From assembly GCA_977020255.1 (NCBI GenBank), contig CDROCS010006702.1:1-64000 (forward strand): a DNA stretch of 64,000 bases, written 5' to 3'. A program made the translations under genes and the position numbers. The stretch's first letter is position 1. Every line of letters begins with the position of its first letter. Below, one piece after another: positions 40,037-49,604 of the stretch. Source of the stretch: Obrimoposthia wandeli. Taxonomy: Eukaryota. Under the pieces are notes generated by a model. That model had not been told where the DNA came from and did no database searches. It worked only from the letters and a program-made list of their open reading frames with translations.

Positions 40037-40918
40037 CTTAATACTTTCTTTCACAAACTCAATAAAGCTTTGCAATAATGGGCTGATGTATCGCCCCTTC
40101 AAATACACTAAATAAAGCTGTCGAGTACAGGTATATTTCGAATCCATTTTTATTAAACGTTTATTATCAAATGCATCAGCGACTGACAAATTTGACATAA
40201 ACCCTAACCCAATACCAGAAGCCACTGCGCTAATCACCGCTTCATTGGAATTGAACTCAAGCCCTAATGACCACTGTTTCAAGTAAGGTGCTACCTGATG
40301 ATCAAACTGCTCTCTGGTACCTGACTTAGGCTCTCGTAACACCCACTTTTGATCATTATAGTTCGTAGCAATAATCTCTTCGCAGCGTTTTTCTGAAAAC
40401 CTAGCACTTGCTACTACGTGCATCTCATCTTGAATCCAAGGGAGCACGACTAAATCATCATTAGCAACAAAACCCTCAACCAATGCTATGTCTAATTGAT
40501 AATCATATAAACACTGTATTAAATTTGCGGTATTGGCGATGTTTAACGTCGGCCTTTGACATTCGCTCATTGTCATAAAATCAGCCAGAAGCGAGGGCAA
40601 CAAATGGTTACCAATCGTGATACTGGCACCAATACGCAACACCCCTGTCAATTGTTGAGGGTTAAAAAGTGTTTCTATACTTTGCATGCGCGCCAGCAAC
40701 TCTTCGGCCATTGGCAGTAGCTTCATGCCTTGAGCATTGAGTAGTAACCGGTTTTTAACACGATCAAACAACGGTTGTGCCAACTGCTCTTCCAAGGTTT
40801 GTAAAGCAATAGAAACGGCTGCTTTAGTGACACATAACTGTTGCGCCGCTTGGGTAATCGATCTGTATTTGACGATGCTTGTGAACACCTTCAACTGCTT
40901 AATAGTGATGTTATTAAT
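40034..40918 (-). CDS. LysR-family regulator, YeiE/CysL-like (start probably upstream of track TTG 40894)
   Basis: ITIKQLKVF HTH start; LRIGASITIGNHLLP, WVLREPKSGTRE, NSNEAV motifs. The in-frame ITIKQL lies upstream of the first canonical start. Confidence 0.88.
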   Translation of the reverse strand: MNNITIKQLKVFTSIVKYRSITQAAQQLCVTKAAVSIALQTLEEQLAQPLFDRVKNRLLLNAQGMKLLPMAEELLARMQSIETLFNPQQLTGVLRIGASITIGNHLLPSLLADFMTMSECQRPTLNIANTANLIQCLYDYQLDIALVEGFVANDDLVVLPWIQDEMHVVASARFSEKRCEEIIATNYNDQKWVLREPKSGTREQFDHQVAPYLKQWSLGLEFNSNEAVISAVASGIGLGFMSNLSVADAFDNKRLIKMDSKYTCTRQLYLVYLKGRYISPLLQSFIEFVKESIK

Positions 40919-41083
40919 AACGCACCTATATGAGTAGATGTTGGTAAATATGGATTAAGGAAACACAAAACTTGTTAAATAAAACTTAACCTATAGTAAA
41001 AAATGTTTAGCTATATTAACAGTAGTTTTCAAGTTAAATTACAACCTCTGCTCTGCTCACTATAGAAAAAGGTGTTTATAGAA

Positions 41084-42073
41084 ATGTCATTAGCTCTTGC
41101 CAAGTTTGATAGCAACTTAAAAATTAATCGCTTCCCTACTCCTGCTGCAGGTTTAGCATTAGGTGTCGCTAGTAGCGGTAAATTGCTCTCGCTATATAAT
41201 ATTGATCAGCAAGTGACGACTGTCATTGCCATCTGTTTGGTGGCTTTTGTGGTGCTTAAGTTTCTACTAACACCGAGTTTACTTCATCAAGATTTATCAC
41301 ATCCCGTACTTGGCTCTATTTTGCCAACACTGGCGATGACCTTAATGCTGTTAAGTGATGCGTCTCAATTGGGTGTAATTGTTTGGTATGTTGCTGTGAG
41401 CCTGCACGTTATTTTGTTAATCAGTTTTATCTATTTTCAAAGTAAACAGTTTTCACTTAGCAAGGTATTACCTAGCTGGTTCGTACCCCCTGTTGGTCTT
41501 GCGGTTGGGGCTATGACTTGTCCAGACCAAAGCAGCTTATTTCTAGCTCAATGTTTATTGTATTTCGCTATTGCTATGTACTTTATATTGCTGCCAATTA
41601 TTTTATATCGATTGATATTCATCCCTATAGCACTTGATGCGTTTAAACCGACTATCGCCATTTTAGCCGCACCACCCAATCTATGTTTAGCCGCCTATTT
41701 AACCTTTATAGAACAACCTTCTATCATCTTGGTTTCTGCTTTTATTAGCTTAGCGTTACTCATGACATTGCTGGTCTATATTTCATTAATCGCCTTACTT
41801 CGATTGCCCTTTAGCCCAGCGTTCGCATCATTTACATTCCCATTGGTAATTAGTGCAACAGCGATGACTAAAAGTGTCGATTTTTTAAAGGTGACAATGG
41901 CTGGAGATAACAGTCTTGGATGGTTGGCGTTAGTCGCGAATATTGAAATGGTGATTGCTTGTGCAATGGTCAGTTACGTTTTTTATCGATACTTAACATT
42001 CTACGCAGTTTTTTCGCTACTCATACCGCCCTATTTTCAACAAAAGATGGGCTTGGGTAGCGTTAAAAACTAG
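41084..42073 (+). CDS. TDT/SLAC1-family anion exporter
   Basis: FPTPAAGLALG, PSWFVPPVG, AILAAPPNL, FSPAFASFTFP; about 10 TM helices; AAAGGTG RBS favours ATG 41084. Confidence 0.88.
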   Translation: MSLALAKFDSNLKINRFPTPAAGLALGVASSGKLLSLYNIDQQVTTVIAICLVAFVVLKFLLTPSLLHQDLSHPVLGSILPTLAMTLMLLSDASQLGVIVWYVAVSLHVILLISFIYFQSKQFSLSKVLPSWFVPPVGLAVGAMTCPDQSSLFLAQCLLYFAIAMYFILLPIILYRLIFIPIALDAFKPTIAILAAPPNLCLAAYLTFIEQPSIILVSAFISLALLMTLLVYISLIALLRLPFSPAFASFTFPLVISATAMTKSVDFLKVTMAGDNSLGWLALVANIEMVIACAMVSYVFYRYLTFYAVFSLLIPPYFQQKMGLGSVKN

Positions 42074-42090
42074 TGCTTTAGCAAGAGTGA

Positions 42091-43089
42091 TTACCTTGCG
42101 CGTTGTTTCTTAGTTTGTGTAGGCTTAACGCGGGCGCGTTTAGTAACCGTAGCAGTTTTCTTTTTAGTAAATGGCTTAGCTGTAGAAGTACTACGTTTTT
42201 TGGTGGTGCTAGGTTTATGGGAATTTGTCTGCGGCTTATAAGGATTTGTCGGTTTATGACGCTTAACATCCGCACCATCTGCTGTTTTTTTAATGGCTGC
42301 TGTTAATGATTTCGATTTCTGATTTGATTTCTGATTCGATTTTTTTGCAGTACTCCCCTCAACATCTGAGATAGAATCTTGCGTCAAAGAAAAAATAGTT
42401 TTGAGCTCATTATCTGTTAAATCACGCCAATCACCAACGCTCAGTCCTTTTAAACTAACATTCATAATACGTGTACGCTCGAGCTGTTTAACTTCAAAGT
42501 TAAAGTGCTCGCACATGCGGCGAATTTGCCTATTTAAACCTTGTACCAAAGTGATGCGAAAAGCATATTGAGATACCTTTTCCACCTTACATTTCTTGGT
42601 AACGACTCCTAAAATAGGAACGCCGTTACTTAGACCTTGTATAAATGATTCAGTAACAGGCTTATTAACCGTGACGATATATTCTTTTTCATGGTGGTTG
42701 CCTGCACGTAATATTTTATTAACCATATCGCCATTATTGGTTAATAAAATAAGTCCTTGTGAGTCTTTGTCTAAGCGACCTATCGGAAAAATCCTGGCAC
42801 TGTGCCCCACAAAATCAACAATATTATCGCGCTCATTGCCTTCAGTGGTGCTGACAATGCCTACGGGTTTATTAAGTGCTATAAAAACCAGTAACTCTTC
42901 TTCTAAAGGTTCTATTTGCTGCCCATTAACCAGCACGCGATCACCCACATTTACGCGATCGCCAATATCTGCTCGCTGGCCATTAAGCGATACATTCCCC
43001 TGCTCTATAAAACGATCAGCGTCTCTTCTTGAGCACATACCGCTTTGTGAAATGTATTTATTTAATCGAACGCTAAACAAGTCTGACAT
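42091..43089 (-). CDS. rluF: 23S rRNA pseudouridine(2604) synthase
   Basis: [20 protein letters not shown]4 domain, [26 protein letters not shown], Lys-rich tail. Confidence 0.92.
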   Translation of the reverse strand: MSDLFSVRLNKYISQSGMCSRRDADRFIEQGNVSLNGQRADIGDRVNVGDRVLVNGQQIEPLEEELLVFIALNKPVGIVSTTEGNERDNIVDFVGHSARIFPIGRLDKDSQGLILLTNNGDMVNKILRAGNHHEKEYIVTVNKPVTESFIQGLSNGVPILGVVTKKCKVEKVSQYAFRITLVQGLNRQIRRMCEHFNFEVKQLERTRIMNVSLKGLSVGDWRDLTDNELKTIFSLTQDSISDVEGSTAKKSNQKSNQKSKSLTAAIKKTADGADVKRHKPTNPYKPQTNSHKPSTTKKRSTSTAKPFTKKKTATVTKRARVKPTQTKKQRAR

Positions 43090-43485
43090 GCTATTGGTTT
43101 ACTCATCACAAGGGAATTTAAGTGCAGTATTGTACAAGGGATATTAATTTGAAGCTATTTTTCTGTGCCTACCACACACTAACTTATTATCTAAGCTAAC
43201 GAAATTTAGTGATAAGCGCATTACCTATGAGATAAGCAACATTTCAAATCAATCAAGAGCTTAATATATCTACTCACTCAATCTAACTACCCTTCATTTT
43301 CAGGGCAATTATAATGCGAGTTACATAAGACATCGGCGAGTAATATTGTTAAAATAACCTTCAATAATTTGACCTCAGCCACGTAATATTTCTGATTACT
43401 TATGAAGCTAACACCTTGATATATTAGCCTCAAACCATCATCAAACGCACTAAGTAGTACGATTTAATGCATTTAGGAGTAAAGA

Positions 43486-44331
43486 ATGAAGTTTAAAGGT
43501 AGTGAGCGATACGTCGCCACCGATGATTTACAAATTGCAGTCAATGCTGCCGTGACATTACAGCGCCCACTGCTTATCAAAGGTGAGCCTGGCACAGGTA
43601 AAACAATGCTGGCGCAAGAAGTAGCCAGTAGCTTAGGTAAACCTCTTTTGCGCTGGCACATAAAATCTACCACCAAAGCGCAACAAGGTTTATATGAATA
43701 CGATGCAGTGTCTCGCTTAAGAGATTCACAATTAGGTGATGAGAGTGTTCATGATATCAGCAATTACATTAGAAAAGGCATGCTCTGGCAAGCGTTTTGC
43801 GCTGATGAGCAAGTGGTTTTATTGATCGATGAAATTGATAAAGCTGATATAGAATTTCCAAACGATTTGTTAGTTGAACTCGATCAAATGGAATTCAGTG
43901 TATATGAGACAGGCGAGCGCATTGTAGCTAAGCATCGCCCAATTATTATCATCACTTCAAATAATGAAAAAGAATTGCCCGATGCCTTCCTACGTCGCTG
44001 CTTTTTTCACTTCATTCAATTTCCTGATCGCGACACCATGCAACAAATTGTTGATGTACATTACCCTAATCTACAAAACGATTTAGTCAAAGAAGCATTA
44101 GATATTTTCTTTCAGGTACGCTCAGTTAATGGCCTAAAGAAAAAGCCTTCTACTTCAGAGCTCATTGATTGGTTAAAATTATTAATGGCCGATAGCATTT
44201 CTCTGGAAACATTACAAAATGCAGATAGTAATAGCGCTATTCCACCGCTGCACGGTGCACTAGTTAAAAATGAGCAAGATGTGCACATGTTAGAGCGATT
44301 AGCCTTTATGTCACGTCGCCATCAGCGTTAA
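43486..44331 (+). CDS. MoxR-family AAA+ ATPase
   Basis: GEPGTGKT Walker A, LLIDEIDK Walker B, TSNNEKELPDAFLRRC. Confidence 0.93.
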   Translation: MKFKGSERYVATDDLQIAVNAAVTLQRPLLIKGEPGTGKTMLAQEVASSLGKPLLRWHIKSTTKAQQGLYEYDAVSRLRDSQLGDESVHDISNYIRKGMLWQAFCADEQVVLLIDEIDKADIEFPNDLLVELDQMEFSVYETGERIVAKHRPIIIITSNNEKELPDAFLRRCFFHFIQFPDRDTMQQIVDVHYPNLQNDLVKEALDIFFQVRSVNGLKKKPSTSELIDWLKLLMADSISLETLQNADSNSAIPPLHGALVKNEQDVHMLERLAFMSRRHQR

Positions 44332-44333
44332 TT

Positions 44334-45509
44334 ATGTTAATAGATTTCTTTAGTACGCTGCGAAAAGCAGGCGTACCGGTCGCATTAAACGAGTTATTCA
44401 CCTTGTTAGATGCGCTTAAACAACACTTAGCGTTTGCAGATATCCACGAGTTTTACATTTTAGCCCGTGTCTGTTTAGTGAAAGATGAAAAGTATTTTGA
44501 TCGTTATGATCAAGCATTTGCCCATTATTTTAAGGGAGTTGAATTGCTTGAGCTGTTTCCTCAAAATCAAATACCTGAAGACTGGTTAACCGCTGAATTT
44601 CTTAAAAACTTATCAGATGAAGAAAAAGCACAAATTGAAACTTTAGGCGGATTAGACAAACTCTTAGAAACTTTAAAGCAGCGTCTAGAAGAACAAACAG
44701 AGCGCCATGCTGGAGGCAATAAATGGATTGGCACCGGCGGTACATCACCTTTTGGCCACAGTGGTTATAATCCTGAAGGCGTTCGCATTGGCGGTAAAAG
44801 CGTGCATAAGCGGGCTATTAAGGTATGGGAAAAGCGCCAGTTTAAAAACTTAGATGACCAGGTTGAGCTGGGCACGCGCAACATGAAAGTGGCCTTGCGT
44901 AAATTACGCCAATTTGCCCGAGCAGGCGCCGCCAACGAGCTAGATCTTAACGATACTATTCAAAGCACTGCCAACAATGCAGGCTTGCTTGATATTAAAA
45001 TGATACCTGAGCGCCATAACGCAGCGAAGGTATTATTGTTTTTCGATATTGGCGGCTCAATGGATTCATACATCCATTTGTGCGAACAGCTTTTTTCGGC
45101 GGCGCGTACTGAGTTTAAGCATCTTGAGTACTTTTATTTTCACAATTGCATTTATGAAAAGTTGTGGAAAGATAACCATCGCCGATTCGATGACACTGTA
45201 TCTACTTTAGATGTTATCAACAGCTATAGCGCAGATTACAAAGTGATTTTTATAGGCGATGCCGCGATGTCGCCCTATGAGCTATTTAGCCGTTTCGGAA
45301 GTGTCGAACATATGAACGAAGAAACGGGTGAAATCTGGTTACAGCGCATTATCGACATGTGGGATAAAATAATTTGGCTAAACCCTACGCCTAAAAACCA
45401 CTGGCAATATACACAAACAACCCTGGCTATTGAGCAGCAGCTTTCAGGTCAAATGTATCCACTAACGCTTGAGGGCGTGAGTGAAGCGATCAATTTTTTA
45501 TCTAAATAA
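44334..45509 (+). CDS. vWA-domain protein (CoxE-like), partner of the MoxR ATPase
   Basis: GGNKWIGTGGTSPFGH motif, FFDIGGSMD MIDAS-like motif, FIGDAAMSPYE; starts 2 nt after the ATPase stop. Confidence 0.9.
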   Translation: MLIDFFSTLRKAGVPVALNELFTLLDALKQHLAFADIHEFYILARVCLVKDEKYFDRYDQAFAHYFKGVELLELFPQNQIPEDWLTAEFLKNLSDEEKAQIETLGGLDKLLETLKQRLEEQTERHAGGNKWIGTGGTSPFGHSGYNPEGVRIGGKSVHKRAIKVWEKRQFKNLDDQVELGTRNMKVALRKLRQFARAGAANELDLNDTIQSTANNAGLLDIKMIPERHNAAKVLLFFDIGGSMDSYIHLCEQLFSAARTEFKHLEYFYFHNCIYEKLWKDNHRRFDDTVSTLDVINSYSADYKVIFIGDAAMSPYELFSRFGSVEHMNEETGEIWLQRIIDMWDKIIWLNPTPKNHWQYTQTTLAIEQQLSGQMYPLTLEGVSEAINFLSK

Positions 45510-45544
45510 CAAAATAACAATTTCAGCTATAAAATCAAAAACAA

Positions 45545-45592
45545 AAAAAACGGCAGTACCTTTATTTGTATCAAGGTAACTGCCGTTTTTTA
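45545..45592. terminator. Bidirectional terminator between the vWA gene and dctM
   Basis: AAAAAACGGCAGTACCT...AGGTAACTGCCGTTTTTT near-perfect inverted repeat. Confidence 0.8.
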
Positions 45593-45689
45593 TATTCTTT
45601 TATTACCTAGCCACTAACCACCAAATAAAGCAGCCACCAAAAAAAGTAGCCAGCTAATTATACTAATTAGTTGGCTGATTTTATTGATG

Positions 45690-48356
45690 TTAGAAGTTTA
45701 ACGAAACATCACGATGAACCGAGAGGCAACTTGCAATGCTCTTGGCTTGATCAAGCGTTAGCTTTTCTTGCAACCTAGCACCAATAGTGCCCTTAATCGC
45801 ATCGTTATAGCTTTCAAGCTGTGGTAACAACTCAGTTTGTGCTTTAGTGCGCCACGCCAGTTCAGCTGTTAAGAAACCAATCGCTTTTTCAAACTCAGCC
45901 ATAGCCTTAGCAGTCTTCACTTTCTTTAACGCTCTTCGCGCTTTAGATAGTTTAGATTTAATTGAACTAGAGGCACTCACACCACTGAGCTTGCTTTCTA
46001 CTGCTTTAATCGCGAGCATAGCAGGCTTTGCATCTGCTTTAGAGCTTACCCCACTGATCACTTCTCTTAACGCCAATATAGAAGGCTCAATCGTGGCTAG
46101 CTTATCAACCGCATTAATCGCCTTTGATACTTCAATAATCGGGTCGTACGCCATATCAACATTATTACGATATTTTGAGCGTGCTTTTTTCAACGTTTTA
46201 GCAAGCGCTACGTATTTAGCCCGCTCAACCGTCCAAGCTGCTGGAACCTCAGATTTTAGCTGTGTGATTTCAACATCCATCTGCTTGTTTTCTATGATCA
46301 GCTCAGCAACAATTGCATTTTGGCTGTCATCCCCTTCAGCTCTAGAGATTGTTTTTAGGTTCTTTTTCGTCTTTTTAGTTAAACGGCGTACTTTCTTTTG
46401 AATAGCACGTACTTCAACATGCAACGGCTTATAGCTTGGAGAGTACACATCTAGTGCTTCTTGTGCCGCTTTAACGCCTTCCACTAAAGCAAACGTGTTA
46501 GCTGCTTTTGCAAAGCTCTCAACCAATACCTTTTTCTGCTTTTTAGGTAAGTAGCCTAAATCAACCGCCTTCATTGTGCTGATACTGGCACTTAACGCTG
46601 TTTGTGTGCTGCTGTATTGATTAAACACAAAAGATTCTAAACACCCTTGAATACGAGGATTCATCGGTGGTGGCGCTGTTTCAGAGGTTAACGCAGTTCT
46701 ATTAGGCAAATAGTTAACTAGCGGTGGGTAAGTACCAGCAATTATCAGTGCTACGATTTGCAAACCGATGAAAACAACTGCGCCTTTGTAGATATCGAGT
46801 GTTTTTACAATCTTTGGAGCGACGCCTCGTAAATAGAATAGCGCGAAGCCAAATGGAGGCGTTAAAAACGATGTTTGGATGTTCAAACCAATCATCACAC
46901 CTAACCAAACGGCTGTAATGTTAGCCCCTGGATCTGCCATTAAAATTGGCGCAACGATAGGCACCACAACAACCGCTATTTCGATGAAATCTAGAAAGAA
47001 TCCAAGCAAGAATATAACGATCATGACGACAACAAATTGCGTCCAAAAGCCACCAGGCAAGCTTGACAAAAATTCTTTAACTAAGTGTTCACCACCAAAG
47101 CCACGAAATGCAGTAGTCAGCATGGCAGCACCAATGAGTATAATAAATACCATTGACGTTGTTTTAGCCGTTTCAACCATCACTTCTTGCAATGTGTTTT
47201 GAATCTTAAAGGTACGCCAAGTGCTCCAAGCAACCGCAATTAATAGCCCACATACTGCTATAACGGCTAACATTATGCCGAACTCATCCCCTTCTGCTTT
47301 GCTGCTCTTAACATTTAAATCATAGTTCGCACTTAACACACCGATTGCCACAATCGACACTAAGGCTAAAGCAGCAGGATAATAGCGGTTCTTTTGATCT
47401 CCTACTAAGCGATACCCTCCCATTATCATCGCACCGACGGCGCCTATAGCACCTGCTTGGTTAACGGTTGCGACACCTAATATGATTGACCCCAAGACGA
47501 TAAGTATCAAACCTAAAGGAGGTACTAACGCAAATAATACCGTCTTTAAAAACTTACCATCGTATTCACCTTCAAAAGGTACCGGTGGCGCTAGTGATGG
47601 CTTAATTATCGCCGTCACTAATATATAGAGAATATATAAACAGACTAATATGGCACCAGGCACCATGGCTCCCATGAACATATCACCCGCACTAGCAGAG
47701 GCTATATCAAAGGTGGATGGCATGGTTAATTCGCCGGTTATTTCTTTATAATCCGCTTTTCTGATAGTCGCTGCTTGATCTGCAGCACTTGATAGCTGAT
47801 CAGCTAAAATGATGAGTACGATTGAAGGAGGTATTATTTGCCCTAAGGTTCCTGAGGCGCAAATAATGCCAGAGGCGAGGGGTTTAGAATAATTATTACG
47901 CAGCATAGCAGGCATAGAAATAAGCCCCATTGCAATAACAGTAGCACCCACAATACCGGTTGTAGCGGCAAGTAACGCACCTACGATAACGACTGATATA
48001 CCCAGACCGCCAGGAACAGGCCCAAACAGCTGTGCCATTGCGACTAATAAATCTTCAGCAATTTTAGAGCGTTGTAACATGATACCCATAAAAATGAACA
48101 GTGGAATAGCAATCAGCGTATCACGCTCAACATCCCAATATAAACTTCGTATATTGGTGACCCCCGCACTGAGCCATTGCACTGGGCCCCCTTGGGCAAA
48201 ATATGCATCCGGATTTCCGGTAAAAAGCCAGCCACACAATGCGGCGAGTGATATTGCTATAATGGCAGAACCTGGCAGCGCAAAAGCTACCGGAAAGCCT
48301 GAAGTTAATGCCACTATCATCAGCAGCACTAGCAGTAAAAGGAAAAACAATTCCAT
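45690..48356 (-). CDS. dctM: TRAP transporter large permease with ~330-aa soluble C-terminal extension
   Basis: AIPLFIFMG, ASGTLGQIIPPS, FFLDFIEI, NIQTSFLTPPFGFALFYL; hydrophilic Ala/Lys-rich region after PPPMNP (~46670). Confidence 0.9.
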   Translation of the reverse strand: MELFFLLLLVLLMIVALTSGFPVAFALPGSAIIAISLAALCGWLFTGNPDAYFAQGGPVQWLSAGVTNIRSLYWDVERDTLIAIPLFIFMGIMLQRSKIAEDLLVAMAQLFGPVPGGLGISVVIVGALLAATTGIVGATVIAMGLISMPAMLRNNYSKPLASGIICASGTLGQIIPPSIVLIILADQLSSAADQAATIRKADYKEITGELTMPSTFDIASASAGDMFMGAMVPGAILVCLYILYILVTAIIKPSLAPPVPFEGEYDGKFLKTVLFALVPPLGLILIVLGSIILGVATVNQAGAIGAVGAMIMGGYRLVGDQKNRYYPAALALVSIVAIGVLSANYDLNVKSSKAEGDEFGIMLAVIAVCGLLIAVAWSTWRTFKIQNTLQEVMVETAKTTSMVFIILIGAAMLTTAFRGFGGEHLVKEFLSSLPGGFWTQFVVVMIVIFLLGFFLDFIEIAVVVVPIVAPILMADPGANITAVWLGVMIGLNIQTSFLTPPFGFALFYLRGVAPKIVKTLDIYKGAVVFIGLQIVALIIAGTYPPLVNYLPNRTALTSETAPPPMNPRIQGCLESFVFNQYSSTQTALSASISTMKAVDLGYLPKKQKKVLVESFAKAANTFALVEGVKAAQEALDVYSPSYKPLHVEVRAIQKKVRRLTKKTKKNLKTISRAEGDDSQNAIVAELIIENKQMDVEITQLKSEVPAAWTVERAKYVALAKTLKKARSKYRNNVDMAYDPIIEVSKAINAVDKLATIEPSILALREVISGVSSKADAKPAMLAIKAVESKLSGVSASSSIKSKLSKARRALKKVKTAKAMAEFEKAIGFLTAELAWRTKAQTELLPQLESYNDAIKGTIGARLQEKLTLDQAKSIASCLSVHRDVSLNF

Positions 48357-48377
48357 GAAAATACCCTTATTATTCTA

Positions 48378-49451
48378 TTAGTATGCAGGTGTTTGAGTCG
48401 GATTATCTAATTCAGGCTCATCACGTAAATCTGCGATATTGTTCAGCAGATAACTACAAAACTGCACCATCATTGACACTGAAAATATAACGAGGTAACC
48501 CACCATTATATATTTCACATATAAGCCGTAACCACTTTGGGAAATTTCAAAACTTAACAATGGGCTGTTAATACTATTACCTTTGCCCCACATTCCCATG
48601 GTCAAAATGACCCAACATAAAGGGATACCTAATAATAATAAACCGAAGGTATTTGACCATGCCTTGGTTTTTTTAGTGAACCCTGCATAAAGCACATCAA
48701 CACGCACGTGCCCATCAGATACTAATGTGTAGGAGCTTGCGAATAAGAATAACGCAGCGTACCAAAAACGTACTAAATCTCCCATGAACGCTTGTTCATA
48801 AGAAAAAATAAAGCTGAGTAATACGATTTTAAATTCGGCTATAACAATTAACAATGCCAACCAAGTAAAACCTAAAGAGCGTGTAAATAATGCGATAACC
48901 AATGCTAAACCGATCAGCGGGTAATGAATATTGGTGCCCCTTTCTATCGGTCTACCTAGCGAGTTAATCGCCTCAGTATCCATAAAGTAATGAAGCAACT
49001 CTTCTACACGTAAAAATGAGATGGCCATATCGGCTAAACCGACTAGGAAAACAGCCCAAAACGAAGCTCTTATAATGTAGCGAGCTAATGAAGATAAAGT
49101 TTGAGCATCTGCTCTTAATTGTCTTTTTGGCGTCAATGCAATAAAACTAGCGATTGCCATAATGACGGCTATATAACTGAGTGTTTGCCACCAACCTAAT
49201 TGCATCGCTTGCTCTGTTAATGCTGTTCTAGGTGCTTGTAAACCAAACCACTGCATTTGTGATAAATATTCCAACATGCTTGGCCACTTTAACCAATATG
49301 TTAGATATACATTGAATAAAAATGCGAAAGTGATGGCTACAATTGAGCCTGCTAATAAGCGGGAGATCTTGTCAGAGACGGAATTGGAGATGTACGGGGT
49401 TTTGGATGAGTTATTTGCTTTCTCATCTTCACATAATGTTGAATCATTCAT
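48378..49451 (-). CDS. dctQ: TRAP transporter small permease with N-terminal membrane extension (357 aa)
   Basis: C-terminal DctQ core (WYAALFLFASSYTL, DGHVRVDVLY) preceded by ~190 extra residues containing several TM helices. Confidence 0.85.
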   Translation of the reverse strand: MNDSTLCEDEKANNSSKTPYISNSVSDKISRLLAGSIVAITFAFLFNVYLTYWLKWPSMLEYLSQMQWFGLQAPRTALTEQAMQLGWWQTLSYIAVIMAIASFIALTPKRQLRADAQTLSSLARYIIRASFWAVFLVGLADMAISFLRVEELLHYFMDTEAINSLGRPIERGTNIHYPLIGLALVIALFTRSLGFTWLALLIVIAEFKIVLLSFIFSYEQAFMGDLVRFWYAALFLFASSYTLVSDGHVRVDVLYAGFTKKTKAWSNTFGLLLLGIPLCWVILTMGMWGKGNSINSPLLSFEISQSGYGLYVKYIMVGYLVIFSVSMMVQFCSYLLNNIADLRDEPELDNPTQTPAY

Positions 49452-49565
49452 ATTATAGCGCCGGACTAGTACAAAAAATTAAACCTTAACTGGGTAAGCT
49501 AAGTACCTATTGTAATATCCATTTACTTAGAAAGTTAGATAGTAACTTAAGATAGGTATTAAACG

Positions 49566-49593
49566 AATATGCGAGGCAATAGCCTCGCATATT
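49566..49593. terminator. Stem-loop between dctP and dctQ (terminator or mRNA-stabilising hairpin)
   Basis: AATATGCGAGGC-AATA-GCCTCGCATATT perfect 12-bp stem. Confidence 0.7.
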
Positions 49594-49604
49594 AAACAGC
49601 GCTT

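Noticed and set aside
42314-42342. 12-bp tandem repeat (KSNQ units) in rluF
   Set aside because: Real but lies in the low-complexity Lys-rich tail, where such repeats are ordinary.
45847-46401. 184-aa plus-strand ORF
   Set aside because: Antisense to the DctM C-terminal extension; explained by codon bias of an Ala/Lys-rich region.
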